From: an uncultured bacterium
GTDB taxonomy: Bacteria; Chloroflexota; UBA5177; JANWHV01
Assembly (NCBI GenBank): GCA_963827235.1
Contig: CAWHAE010000016.1
Location: 704,001-768,000, forward strand
Direction of reading: 5' to 3'
Length of the DNA stretch: 64,000 bases
The translations under genes and the position numbers were made by a program. Under the pieces are notes generated by a model. The model searched no databases and had not been told where the DNA came from. It was given only the letters and a program-made list of their open reading frames with translations. This document shows, piece after piece, positions 19,634-28,267 of this stretch (position 1 is the stretch's first letter; every line of letters starts with the position of its first letter).

Positions 19634-22084
19634 GTGATGAAGTCCATCTTCGCAGGCATCGCCAGCCTGGTGCACCGGCGTCCCGGATCGGTACTGGCTG
19701 TCGGCGTGATCATTACCCTCGTCCTCGCCATAGGGCTGACGCAGATTCACCTCAACACCGGGTACGACACCTTTGTCAACGGCAGCAGCACGACCTATCA
19801 GGACTACCGCGCCTTCCAGCGTGCCTTCGGCGGCGACGGCGTCTACGTGATGACCACCGGCAGCCGCAGCGGCGTGCTCAGCCAGGCCGGTCTCGCCGCC
19901 CAGCGAGCCGCTGCCGCCGACCTGCTGCGGAACTCCCACGTACAGGAAGTCGTCTCTCCGGCCACCGTCATCGACCTGGAAGTGCAGGAGACGGCGGCGA
20001 AGGTTGCGACGCTGCAGAAGGCGCGGGCTCACGCCGAGCAACTGGCCATCGCCCAGGCCCGGAAGGCTACCTCCGCGCGGCCGGCGAAGGTGGTCACCGC
20101 CGCCGTCGCCCAGGCCAAGCAGAAGGCCGATGCCGCCTTCCTGGCCCATCTGCGATCCAGCTCGCCGCAGGCAGCCGCGTTGCTGAGCCTCGGTCCGATC
20201 ACGCCGGCGAATCCAAAGCTGCTTGCGTTCATCGTCTATCCGGACGGCAAGACGATGAACGCAGTGCTGGCGTCGTTCTTCCCCGACGCCACGCACTCCA
20301 TCACGCAGGTGCAGCTCAAGGGCAACATCGACGTTCCGGCGCAGCAGAATGCCAACGACGCGATCAGGAAGGCATACAACGACGATCACCGTATTCCGGG
20401 TCAGACGATCACGATCGCCGGCATTCCCGTGCTGCTCGGTGATCTGCAGTCGGTGGAGCTGCGCCAAGCCTTCATGCTCTTCGGCCTGGCCTTCCTGATC
20501 ATGGCCGTGGTGCTGCTGGTAGTCTTCACCGTGCGCTGGCGCCTGCTGCCCCTGGGCGTCGTGGTAGCGGCGATCATCGTCTGCTTCGGCTTCGTGGGCT
20601 GGGTACGACTCGACCTGTCGATGGCCACCGTGGCCACGTTGCCGATCCTGCTCGGCCTGGGCGTGGACTACGCGGTACAGTTCCAGAACCGCTACGAGGA
20701 GGAAGCGGGGCGAGGCAAAGGCTTCAACGTCGCTCTGCAAGCGCTCGCGCATATCGGACCGGCCGTGGGCATTGCCGTGATAACCACGATCCTCGGCTTC
20801 CTCACGCTGCTGATCTCGCCCGTGCCCAGCGTGCGAGATTTCGGCAAGGTGCTGGCCTTCGGCGTGGCCATAGCCTACCTGGCCGGTGCCTTCGCGCTGA
20901 CCGCCATCGTGGTGCTGCGTGACCGCAGGGGCGCGATCCACGCCAGGGCAGCGCGCAACGGCGACCACCACTTCGTGGACCGCGTGCTGGGCTGGCTGAG
21001 CGACACGCTCATCCCGCGGCCCTTGCCCGTCCTGCTGGCGGCCGTGCTGCTGACTCTCGTGGGCTGGACGGCAGATGCGCACATCGGCACGCAATCCGAC
21101 ATGGAGAAGCTGGCTCCGCAGAACATGGCGGCACTGAAGGCCCTGCAGGCGATCCGCGTGGTGAACGGCGGTACCTCGGAAGTCGACGTGATGATCAATG
21201 CCCCGGACGTGACGGCGCCGGCCGTGATGACCTGGATGAAGAGCTTCGAAACGCAGGCGCTGGCGCGGCACAAGGAGCTCATCAGCGCGGACAGCCCGGT
21301 GACGCTGCTGCAGGCTGCGGCCGGCACCTCCAATCTGAGCGCGGCGCAAGCCAGGGCATTGCTCCTGCAGACCCCGGCCGTGCTGCGCGATCCGGTGTTC
21401 ACCTCCGATGCCCGACATGCGAACATCGCCTTCCTCGTCAAGTACATGCCTCTGGACCACGTGGTCACGCTGATCGACCAGCTTCGAGCCGAGGCGCATC
21501 CGCCGGCGAACGTGCAGGCGGTACCCACGGGCACCGAGGTCCTGGGAGCAAGGGCGTTGACAGTCCTCACGGACAATCGCCTGCAGATGACGTTGCTCGG
21601 AGTGGGCGCGGTCTTCGCCGGGCTGCTCCTCCTCTATCGAGGCATTCGACGGCCGCTGTTCGTGGTGGTGCCCATGATCCTGGTGATCGGCTGGTCCGAG
21701 GGCGCGATGTACGTGCTGAACCAACCCTGGAATCCGCTGACCGTAACCATGGGCGCCCTGATCATCGGCATCGGCGCCGAGTTCACCATTCTGTTGACGG
21801 AGCGATATTTCGAGGAGCGACGAGCGGGCCAGAACCCCGCGGCCGCCATGGGCATGGCCATGCGCCGCATCGGCCGCGCGATCCTGACCTCGGGCCTCAT
21901 GGTATTGGCAGGCTTTTCGGCCCTGACCATGTCCGACTTTCCCGCCCTGCGCTCGTTCGGTATCGTGGTGGCGGTCGACATGGCCGCAATCCTGCTCGCC
22001 ACGCTGGTCGTGCTGCCTCCGCTGGTGGTCTGGCTCGAGTCGCGCTGGCCGCAGGACCCGGGCGACACGGCGCCGGCACAGTAG
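19634..22084 (+). CDS. RND transporter, hydrophobe/amphiphile efflux-3 (MMPL-like)
   Basis: GLGVDYAVQFQNRYEEE and GIGAEFTILLTERYFEER repeats, SDFPALRSFG. Confidence 0.9.
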   Translation: MMKSIFAGIASLVHRRPGSVLAVGVIITLVLAIGLTQIHLNTGYDTFVNGSSTTYQDYRAFQRAFGGDGVYVMTTGSRSGVLSQAGLAAQRAAAADLLRNSHVQEVVSPATVIDLEVQETAAKVATLQKARAHAEQLAIAQARKATSARPAKVVTAAVAQAKQKADAAFLAHLRSSSPQAAALLSLGPITPANPKLLAFIVYPDGKTMNAVLASFFPDATHSITQVQLKGNIDVPAQQNANDAIRKAYNDDHRIPGQTITIAGIPVLLGDLQSVELRQAFMLFGLAFLIMAVVLLVVFTVRWRLLPLGVVVAAIIVCFGFVGWVRLDLSMATVATLPILLGLGVDYAVQFQNRYEEEAGRGKGFNVALQALAHIGPAVGIAVITTILGFLTLLISPVPSVRDFGKVLAFGVAIAYLAGAFALTAIVVLRDRRGAIHARAARNGDHHFVDRVLGWLSDTLIPRPLPVLLAAVLLTLVGWTADAHIGTQSDMEKLAPQNMAALKALQAIRVVNGGTSEVDVMINAPDVTAPAVMTWMKSFETQALARHKELISADSPVTLLQAAAGTSNLSAAQARALLLQTPAVLRDPVFTSDARHANIAFLVKYMPLDHVVTLIDQLRAEAHPPANVQAVPTGTEVLGARALTVLTDNRLQMTLLGVGAVFAGLLLLYRGIRRPLFVVVPMILVIGWSEGAMYVLNQPWNPLTVTMGALIIGIGAEFTILLTERYFEERRAGQNPAAAMGMAMRRIGRAILTSGLMVLAGFSALTMSDFPALRSFGIVVAVDMAAILLATLVVLPPLVVWLESRWPQDPGDTAPAQ

Positions 22085-22198
22085 CGGCGGAAGCAAGCGA
22101 GTCTTGCCGGGCGCTGGAGAACGGGGCGGATCTGGGTCCGGATCCACTCCGCACCTGTGTCGTAGGGCTACCGCGATCGGCCTGGCTGCCGGCCCGCC

Positions 22199-23701
22199 TT
22201 AGCGGCCGTGGGCCATCCGGTAGTAGAGGTCGTTCCAGCGCAGCTCCTTCTTGAACTCCGCCAAACGCGTGTCCTTGCCGATCGCGAGGAACTCGATATG
22301 GGCGATCTCGGCGAAGTCCTCCAGGTGCTCCGCGGTCACTACCTGGCTGAAGACCGTGTGGTGCGCGCCGCCGGCGTAGATCCAGGCAGCCGCCGCGGTT
22401 GGCAGATCAGGCCGCGGAATCCACACCGCGCGCGCCACGGGCAGCCTGGCCAGAGGCGCGTCGGGCGGCACCACGTCGACCTCGTTTGCCAGCAGGCGGA
22501 ACCTGTCCCCCATGTCGAGGACCGTGGTGTTAAGCGCAGCGCCGCTGCGCACGTCGAACACCAGCCGTGCAGGATCGGCTTTGCCGCCTATTCCCAGCGG
22601 GTGGAACTCCAGAGACGGCCGCCGCGCGGCGATCGATTCGCATACCTCGAGCATGTGTGCGCCCAGAACCTTGCCTGTGCCTGACCCGAAGTCATAGGTG
22701 TAGTCTTCCATGAACGACGTGCCGCCAGGCAGACCGGCGCCCATCACTTTCAGCGCTCGCACCAGGGCCGCGGTCTTCCAGTCGCCTTCGGCGCCGAAGC
22801 CGTAGCCGTCGTTCATCAGCCGCTGGACCGCGAGTCCGGGAAGCTGGGGAAGACCATGCAGATCCTCGAACGTGGTGGTGAAGGCTTTGAACCCCCCGTC
22901 CTCCAGGAAGGCCCTCATCCCCAGCTCGATACGCGCCGCGTCGCGCAGGCTCTGTCGCCGGCCGCCGCCGGGCCTGGCAGGCTCCGCGACTTCGTACTGC
23001 TCGTCGTACACGGAAAGCAGCCGGTCGACGTCGGCTTCCGGCACGTGGTCGACGACGCGAACAAGCTCGCCCATGCCGTAGCCGTTGACCGAATAGCCGA
23101 AGTCGATCTGCGCCGCGACCTTATCGCCTTCGGTGACGGCAACCTCACGCATGTTGTCGCCGAAGCGCGCCACCTTGGCGCCCTGCCAATCTCGCCACGC
23201 GCAAGCCGCCCGCGACCACACGCCGACGCGCCGCTGCACCTCTTCATCCTGCCAGTGCCCGACCACGACTTTACGGTTCAGGCCCAGCCGGCTGCCGATG
23301 AAGCCGAATTCGCGATCGCCGTGGGCCGACTGGTTGAGGTTCATGAAGTCCATGTCGATCTCAGACCAGGGCAAATCGCGATTGAACTGCGTGTGCAGAT
23401 GCAGAAACGGCTTCTGCAGCGCGGCCAGCCCGGCGATCCACATCTTGGCGGGGGAGAACGTGTGCATCCAGGTGATCAGCCCGATGCACTTTTCCGCCAC
23501 GTTGGCTTCCAGGCACACGTCGCGAATCGCGGTAGGAGTCGTCACCACCGGCTTGCAGATCACCCGAACAGGGATATCTCTCGCCTGCGCCAGTCCTTGC
23601 GCGATAGTCGCCGCGTGATCGGCAACTTGCTGGAGCACGTCGTCGCCATACAGATGCTGGCTTCCGGTCACAAACCACACTTCATAGTCGCTGAGGTCCA
23701 C
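22199..23701 (-). CDS. araA: L-arabinose isomerase
   Basis: [53 protein letters not shown]; GTG 23701 follows GGAGG. Confidence 0.97.
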   Translation of the reverse strand: MDLSDYEVWFVTGSQHLYGDDVLQQVADHAATIAQGLAQARDIPVRVICKPVVTTPTAIRDVCLEANVAEKCIGLITWMHTFSPAKMWIAGLAALQKPFLHLHTQFNRDLPWSEIDMDFMNLNQSAHGDREFGFIGSRLGLNRKVVVGHWQDEEVQRRVGVWSRAACAWRDWQGAKVARFGDNMREVAVTEGDKVAAQIDFGYSVNGYGMGELVRVVDHVPEADVDRLLSVYDEQYEVAEPARPGGGRRQSLRDAARIELGMRAFLEDGGFKAFTTTFEDLHGLPQLPGLAVQRLMNDGYGFGAEGDWKTAALVRALKVMGAGLPGGTSFMEDYTYDFGSGTGKVLGAHMLEVCESIAARRPSLEFHPLGIGGKADPARLVFDVRSGAALNTTVLDMGDRFRLLANEVDVVPPDAPLARLPVARAVWIPRPDLPTAAAAWIYAGGAHHTVFSQVVTAEHLEDFAEIAHIEFLAIGKDTRLAEFKKELRWNDLYYRMAHGR

Positions 23702-24036
23702 CGTCGTACCCTCCATCGTCTGCCGCGGAAAGCCGTGTAGACGGCGCTAGTTAGACGCCGACCATAGTAGTGTACGCCGCCGCGGTCGCGGCATCCTGAG
23801 TAGCTTCAGCGTGGCTCCTCGGAATCCCGTCGGCAGACGAACACGGCGGTGTCGAGCTACTGGGTGTATTCGGGGTCGGTCGAGCACCTGTGGCCTCTCG
23901 ACAACCGAGAGTCGCGTCTCCCGCAATCGCATTCGCCTTGCTGCCGACGTGCGCTGCTCGGCCCTGCCCGTACCAGTGCCGGAGCCCGGTACAGCGCACG
24001 CCGCCCGCGATAATGGGCTGTTCCCTGGCTGACGAG

Positions 24037-25038
24037 CTAAGCCCTGACCGCCAGCATGCGCTCAATGGCAATCCTCGCGCGATCGGCCGTGGCCTCCTCG
24101 ACTTCGACGCGCGCACGCATCGAGAGCAAGCTATCTCGCAGCAAGGGAAGCGTGATCTGCTTCATGTAGCGGCAGACGGCTTGATCGTCCGCGGGCACGT
24201 AGGTCTTGCCCGGCACCTCCTTGGCGAGGCGGTGAAGCAGCCCATTCTCCGTGGCGACGATCATTGTGCCGGCGTCCGACGTCTTGGCATGGTTCACCAT
24301 GCCTTCCGTGGAGAGAACGAACGTGCGATTGGGCTCTAACCTTCCGAGTTGGCTCGCGTGGACGAATTTGCTCGTGCAGCCGCATTCCGGGTGGATCAGC
24401 ATCTCGGCACTGGGATTGTCTGCCAGTCGCTTGCGCAGCTCCCCCACCCGTATCCCGGCGTGAACATGGCACTCGCCCGGCCAGATCAGCATGTTCGAGC
24501 GGCCCGTTCGCTCCTTCAGCCAGCTACCGAGATAGAGATCGGGCAGGAACAGTATCTGACTGTCGACAGGTATCGACCGAATCACGGCCTCTGCATTGCC
24601 GCTGGTCACGCAATAGTCGGACTCCGCCTTGATCGCCGCCGTGGTGTTGACGTAGCTCACCACCGTGCCGCCGGGGTGCGCCGCCTTCCATCGCTTGAGC
24701 TGCTCCAGCGTGATGGAGTCTGCCAGTGAGCAACCCGCCGTCGGGTCTGGGATCAGCACGGTACGGCCCATGTTCAAGATCTTGGCCGTCTCCGCCATGA
24801 AGTAGACGCCGCACATCACGATCACGGGCTTCGAGGTGCGCGTAGCTTCGATGGCCAACCCGAGCGAGTCTCCCACGAAGTCCGCCACGTCCTGAACCTC
24901 GGGAACCTGGTAGTTGTGCGCGAGGATTACCGCATCGCGAGTGCGTGCAAGCTGCCGTACCTCTTCCTGCAACGCCGGTACGTCCTCCGGCTTCGTCGAG
25001 ACGGCTTCAGCCGCAAGATCGAGTGCTATTGCTGCCAT
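24037..25038 (-). CDS. nadA: Quinolinate synthase
   Basis: ILAHNYQ..EVQDVADFVGDSL, CGVYFMAETAK, Fe-S Cys in GCSLA, GECHVH, VCRYMK. Confidence 0.95.
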   Translation of the reverse strand: MAAIALDLAAEAVSTKPEDVPALQEEVRQLARTRDAVILAHNYQVPEVQDVADFVGDSLGLAIEATRTSKPVIVMCGVYFMAETAKILNMGRTVLIPDPTAGCSLADSITLEQLKRWKAAHPGGTVVSYVNTTAAIKAESDYCVTSGNAEAVIRSIPVDSQILFLPDLYLGSWLKERTGRSNMLIWPGECHVHAGIRVGELRKRLADNPSAEMLIHPECGCTSKFVHASQLGRLEPNRTFVLSTEGMVNHAKTSDAGTMIVATENGLLHRLAKEVPGKTYVPADDQAVCRYMKQITLPLLRDSLLSMRARVEVEEATADRARIAIERMLAVRA

Positions 25039-25052
25039 CAAAGTGTTCCTCT

Positions 25053-25922
25053 CTAGAGGATCTCGAGCGAGAAATCGATCGCCGGTGCCGAATGCGTCAG
25101 CGCGCCAAGCGAAATGTAGTCGACGCCTGTATGTGCCACATCGACCAGATTCGCCAGCGTAATGCCTCCGCTGGCCTCGATGCGAGCCCTGCCTGCCGCG
25201 CGTACGACGGCCTGGCGCAGGAGTCCGGGCCCGGCGTTGTCGACCAGGATCACACCCGCGCCTGCCTCCAGTGCCTCGTCGAGCTCGTCGAGTGTCGTGA
25301 CCTCGACCTCGACGATGCCCATTGGCGGCACGGAGGCCAGTGCGCGCGTGACTGCCGCCGAGATGCCTCCCGCGGCGACGATGTGGTTTTCCTTGATCAG
25401 CACGCCGTCGTCCAGACCGGCCCGGTGGTTGCGGCAGCCGCCCACGCGTACCGCGTACTTCTCGAGCACGCGGTGGCCGGGCGTCGTCTTCCGTGTATCC
25501 AGCACCTGAGCTCCACTTTCCGCCACCAGATCGGCCGCGCGACGGCTCGCGGTGGCCACCCCCGAAAGTCTCTGCACGAAGTTCAGCGCCGTGCGCTCGC
25601 CGGTGAGAATCGATCGGGCAGGTCCTTCGACCGTGGCCACCACGCGTTGGTTGCCCCATGATCCCTCGTCGGCCAGGCTGCGCACGGACACGTCGCCGTC
25701 GAGCATAGCGAACACGAGCCGGGCGACCGGCAGGCCGCAGAGCACGCCAGCCTGCTTCTGCCGGATCTCTGCCCTGGCGGCGAGCGATGGCGGCACGGTG
25801 GCGTTAGTGGTCAGGTCACCCCGGCCCACGTCCTCCTGCAGGGCCAGCCGCACAATGGCCTGCACCGACTCGCCGGCCGGCAGGGACTGGCCCCCGAAGC
25901 CGGGCGCAGCATCCGGCATCAT
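25053..25922 (-). CDS. nadC: Nicotinate-nucleotide diphosphorylase (carboxylating)
   Basis: LQEDVGRGDLTT, LDTRKTTPG, LIKENH, IEASGGI, GALTHSA. Confidence 0.95.
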   Translation of the reverse strand: MMPDAAPGFGGQSLPAGESVQAIVRLALQEDVGRGDLTTNATVPPSLAARAEIRQKQAGVLCGLPVARLVFAMLDGDVSVRSLADEGSWGNQRVVATVEGPARSILTGERTALNFVQRLSGVATASRRAADLVAESGAQVLDTRKTTPGHRVLEKYAVRVGGCRNHRAGLDDGVLIKENHIVAAGGISAAVTRALASVPPMGIVEVEVTTLDELDEALEAGAGVILVDNAGPGLLRQAVVRAAGRARIEASGGITLANLVDVAHTGVDYISLGALTHSAPAIDFSLEIL

Positions 25923-27430
25923 TGAATGCCTTCAAACCGCGGGCCAGAGCCGCGTTGCCAGAGGATGCGTCCTTGGAAGGCCGGCGACGTATCCGGATAA
26001 TCGGTGCGGAAGTGCGCGCCACGGCTCTCCTCGCGGATCAGCGCCGCGCGCGCGATCAGGGCAGGCACCAGCATGTCGCGCGATGGGCTCGGACCCAGGG
26101 CATCGATCAACGTCTGCAGGCCGGCGGCATCGCGCTCGACACCCACGCAGGCGTCGAGGTCACCGGCCGAGGCCGTGGCCGAGCCATCCGGGCCCAGCCT
26201 GCAGTCCACCTCAGGGGCGGTGCCGGCTTCACCGGGAAGTGCGGTCGTCCGCCAGGCAGCCCCGGCTGAGCCGCCGTCCAGCGCGGCCTGGGCGGCCAGC
26301 CGACCGAATACCAGGCATTCCAGCAGTGAATTGGAGGCCAGCCTGTTGGCGCCCTGCGCCCCGGTGCAGGCCGACTCACCGGCCGCGTAGAGGCCCGGAA
26401 CGTCGCTGCGGCCCATCTCGTCCGTACGGATGCCTCCCATGCAGTAGTGAGCAGCGGGCGCCACCGGAATGAGGTCACGGGCCAGATCGAGGTTCCACTC
26501 GGCCAGCCGCATGGCAAGGTTGGCGAAGCGATGCCGGATGGGTCCCGCGTCCAGGTGGCGCAGGGTCAGGTAGACCGGCCCGCGTTCGCGCCCATGCTTG
26601 AAGATGGCTCGCGCCACCTGGTCGCGCGGCAGTAGCGGATCGACCACAGGTTGTCCGGCGCCGTCCACGAGCAACGCTCCCTCGCCGCGCAGCGCCTCGC
26701 TCAACAGGAAGGCGGGGAATCCAGGCACCGCGGTAGCCGTGGGATGGAACTGCACGAACTCCAGGTCGGCAAGCGTGGCGCCCGCTTCCCAGGCCATGAC
26801 CAGGCCCTGCCCGAGGCTCTCGGGCGCGTTCGTGGTGCGCGCGAACAGCGCGGCGTACCCGCCGGTAGCCAGGACGACGCCATGACCGCGAAAGTGCGCC
26901 TCCCCAGTGCGGGCGCCGACCACGCGCGAGCCTTGCGCGATCAGGCCCGCGGCAGGTGCGTGCGCGAACATCGTTATCTTCGGGTGCGACGAGGCCCGCG
27001 CCAGCAGCGCGATGGTCACGGCGTGGCCGGTGGCGGCACCGTTCGCGTGTACGATGCGCCGCCGCCTGTGCCCGGCTTCAAGACCGAGCGAGGGATGAAG
27101 AGGACTGCCGTCGAAGGGCACCCCGGCCGCGATCAGGTCCTCGACCTCGACCTTGCCTGCCGTCACCAGAACCTCGACCGCGCGACGATCGTTCAAACCG
27201 GCACCGACCGCCCGCGTGTCTTCAGCGTGCAGGGCCGGCGTATCGTCATCTCCCAGGGCTGCCGCAATACCTCCCTGCGCGTTCGGACTGGAGCCCGAGA
27301 GCGCGTCTCCCGCCGTGAGCAGCGCAACCGTGGCACCGGCGTCGCCGGCGGCCAGGGCGGCCGACAGTCCGGCAACGCCGGAGCCGACCACCACGAGATC
27401 GGCACGCACGACATCTGGTTCAGGACGCAT
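25919..27430 (-). CDS. nadB: L-aspartate oxidase
   Basis: GSGVAG, AQGGIAA, FVQFHPT, SEALRGEG, AAHYCMGGI, GANRLASNSLLE; AAGGAGG RBS. Confidence 0.93.
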   Translation of the reverse strand: MRPEPDVVRADLVVVGSGVAGLSAALAAGDAGATVALLTAGDALSGSSPNAQGGIAAALGDDDTPALHAEDTRAVGAGLNDRRAVEVLVTAGKVEVEDLIAAGVPFDGSPLHPSLGLEAGHRRRRIVHANGAATGHAVTIALLARASSHPKITMFAHAPAAGLIAQGSRVVGARTGEAHFRGHGVVLATGGYAALFARTTNAPESLGQGLVMAWEAGATLADLEFVQFHPTATAVPGFPAFLLSEALRGEGALLVDGAGQPVVDPLLPRDQVARAIFKHGRERGPVYLTLRHLDAGPIRHRFANLAMRLAEWNLDLARDLIPVAPAAHYCMGGIRTDEMGRSDVPGLYAAGESACTGAQGANRLASNSLLECLVFGRLAAQAALDGGSAGAAWRTTALPGEAGTAPEVDCRLGPDGSATASAGDLDACVGVERDAAGLQTLIDALGPSPSRDMLVPALIARAALIREESRGAHFRTDYPDTSPAFQGRILWQRGSGPRFEGIQ

Positions 27431-28187
27431 GGATACTACCTCCTTCATGCCAGGGCAGCTCACGACTCCATGTCCCCATGAGCGGTCCCTGGAAACGGTA
27501 CAATTCGCCGGGCCGTCCAACTCGGCCACGCACCGCGCGCTTACCCACCGGCACCAGGGCCCCGGAGGCAAACAGGGCGGAGAATGCTTTCTTGAAATTC
27601 CCCGTGTTCAGGCGCGCCAGTGCGGGATCGAGGATGGCGGCATAGACCTGGCGAAGCTCCGGCAGGGTGAATGTCTCGGGCAGGAGCTGAAAAGCCAGCC
27701 AGGAATATCTGAGCTTGGATTGCACGCGGTTCGCGGCCACGCGGAGCATGTCCGCGTGATCGAAGGCCAGCGATTCCGCCGGCAACGTGCGCACCGGGGC
27801 CCAGGCGGCGTGCGTCACGCTGCTTCCCGGTATGAGCGTAAGATCGTCCGAGCGCTCCAGCGCCAGGTGCCCAACCGAAACTACCCTGCCGCGCGTATCG
27901 CGGTCCGGCTTGCCGAAGGTGCCTATCTGCTCGAGGTACCAGTCGGCGGCGTTGAGTCCGGCCTTCGTGTGCAGAGCCCGCCTGGCAGCGGCGTCGAACG
28001 TCTCGTCGGCTCTCAGCAGAACGCCGGGCAGCGACCACTTGCCGGCAAACGCCGCGTCATCGCGCTGTACGAGCAGCACCTGCCAGGCGTCGCCGATCTG
28101 TTCGGCCGGGCGCACAGTGAAAAGCACCATGTCCACGGCCACCACGGCGTTGGCTTCGAGCCGGCTCACCACACCGGGCCTGTTCAT
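27420..28187 (-). CDS. nrtR: NrtR: Nudix-related transcriptional repressor
   Basis: Degenerate Nudix box (LPG..ETFDAAARRALHTKAGL), PDRDTRGRV, LAFDH, FTLPELRQVY..NF..GRPGELYRF wHTH; first gene of the nad operon. Confidence 0.88.
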   Translation of the reverse strand: MNRPGVVSRLEANAVVAVDMVLFTVRPAEQIGDAWQVLLVQRDDAAFAGKWSLPGVLLRADETFDAAARRALHTKAGLNAADWYLEQIGTFGKPDRDTRGRVVSVGHLALERSDDLTLIPGSSVTHAAWAPVRTLPAESLAFDHADMLRVAANRVQSKLRYSWLAFQLLPETFTLPELRQVYAAILDPALARLNTGNFKKAFSALFASGALVPVGKRAVRGRVGRPGELYRFQGPLMGTWSRELPWHEGGSIHAS

Positions 28188-28248
28188 TCAACTCACCTTG
28201 ATTCAAATCTAGGTGATTTGAATCTACCATAGTTCAAAGGAGTTGCAA
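28187..28248 (-). promoter_or_regulatory. nrtR-nadBCA promoter and operator
   Basis: Minus strand TTGCAA-16-TAGATT with extended TG; perfect IR GATTCAAATC-N5-GATTTGAATC (28200-28224) across the likely +1. Confidence 0.75.
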
Positions 28249-28267
28249 AGCAAGCGCTGCGGTGCGA

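Noticed and set aside
19550-22147. 865-aa antisense ORF and other long shadow ORFs (e.g. 31312-33252, 10585-11631)
   Set aside because: Opposite well-supported genes; expected from high-GC codon bias; no motifs
25039-25659. Long N-terminal extension of nadA (similarly pntB, nadB, metH, greA, S53)
   Set aside because: Overlap neighbouring genes or intergenic DNA; downstream starts fit family length and most have an RBS or coupling to the upstream stop
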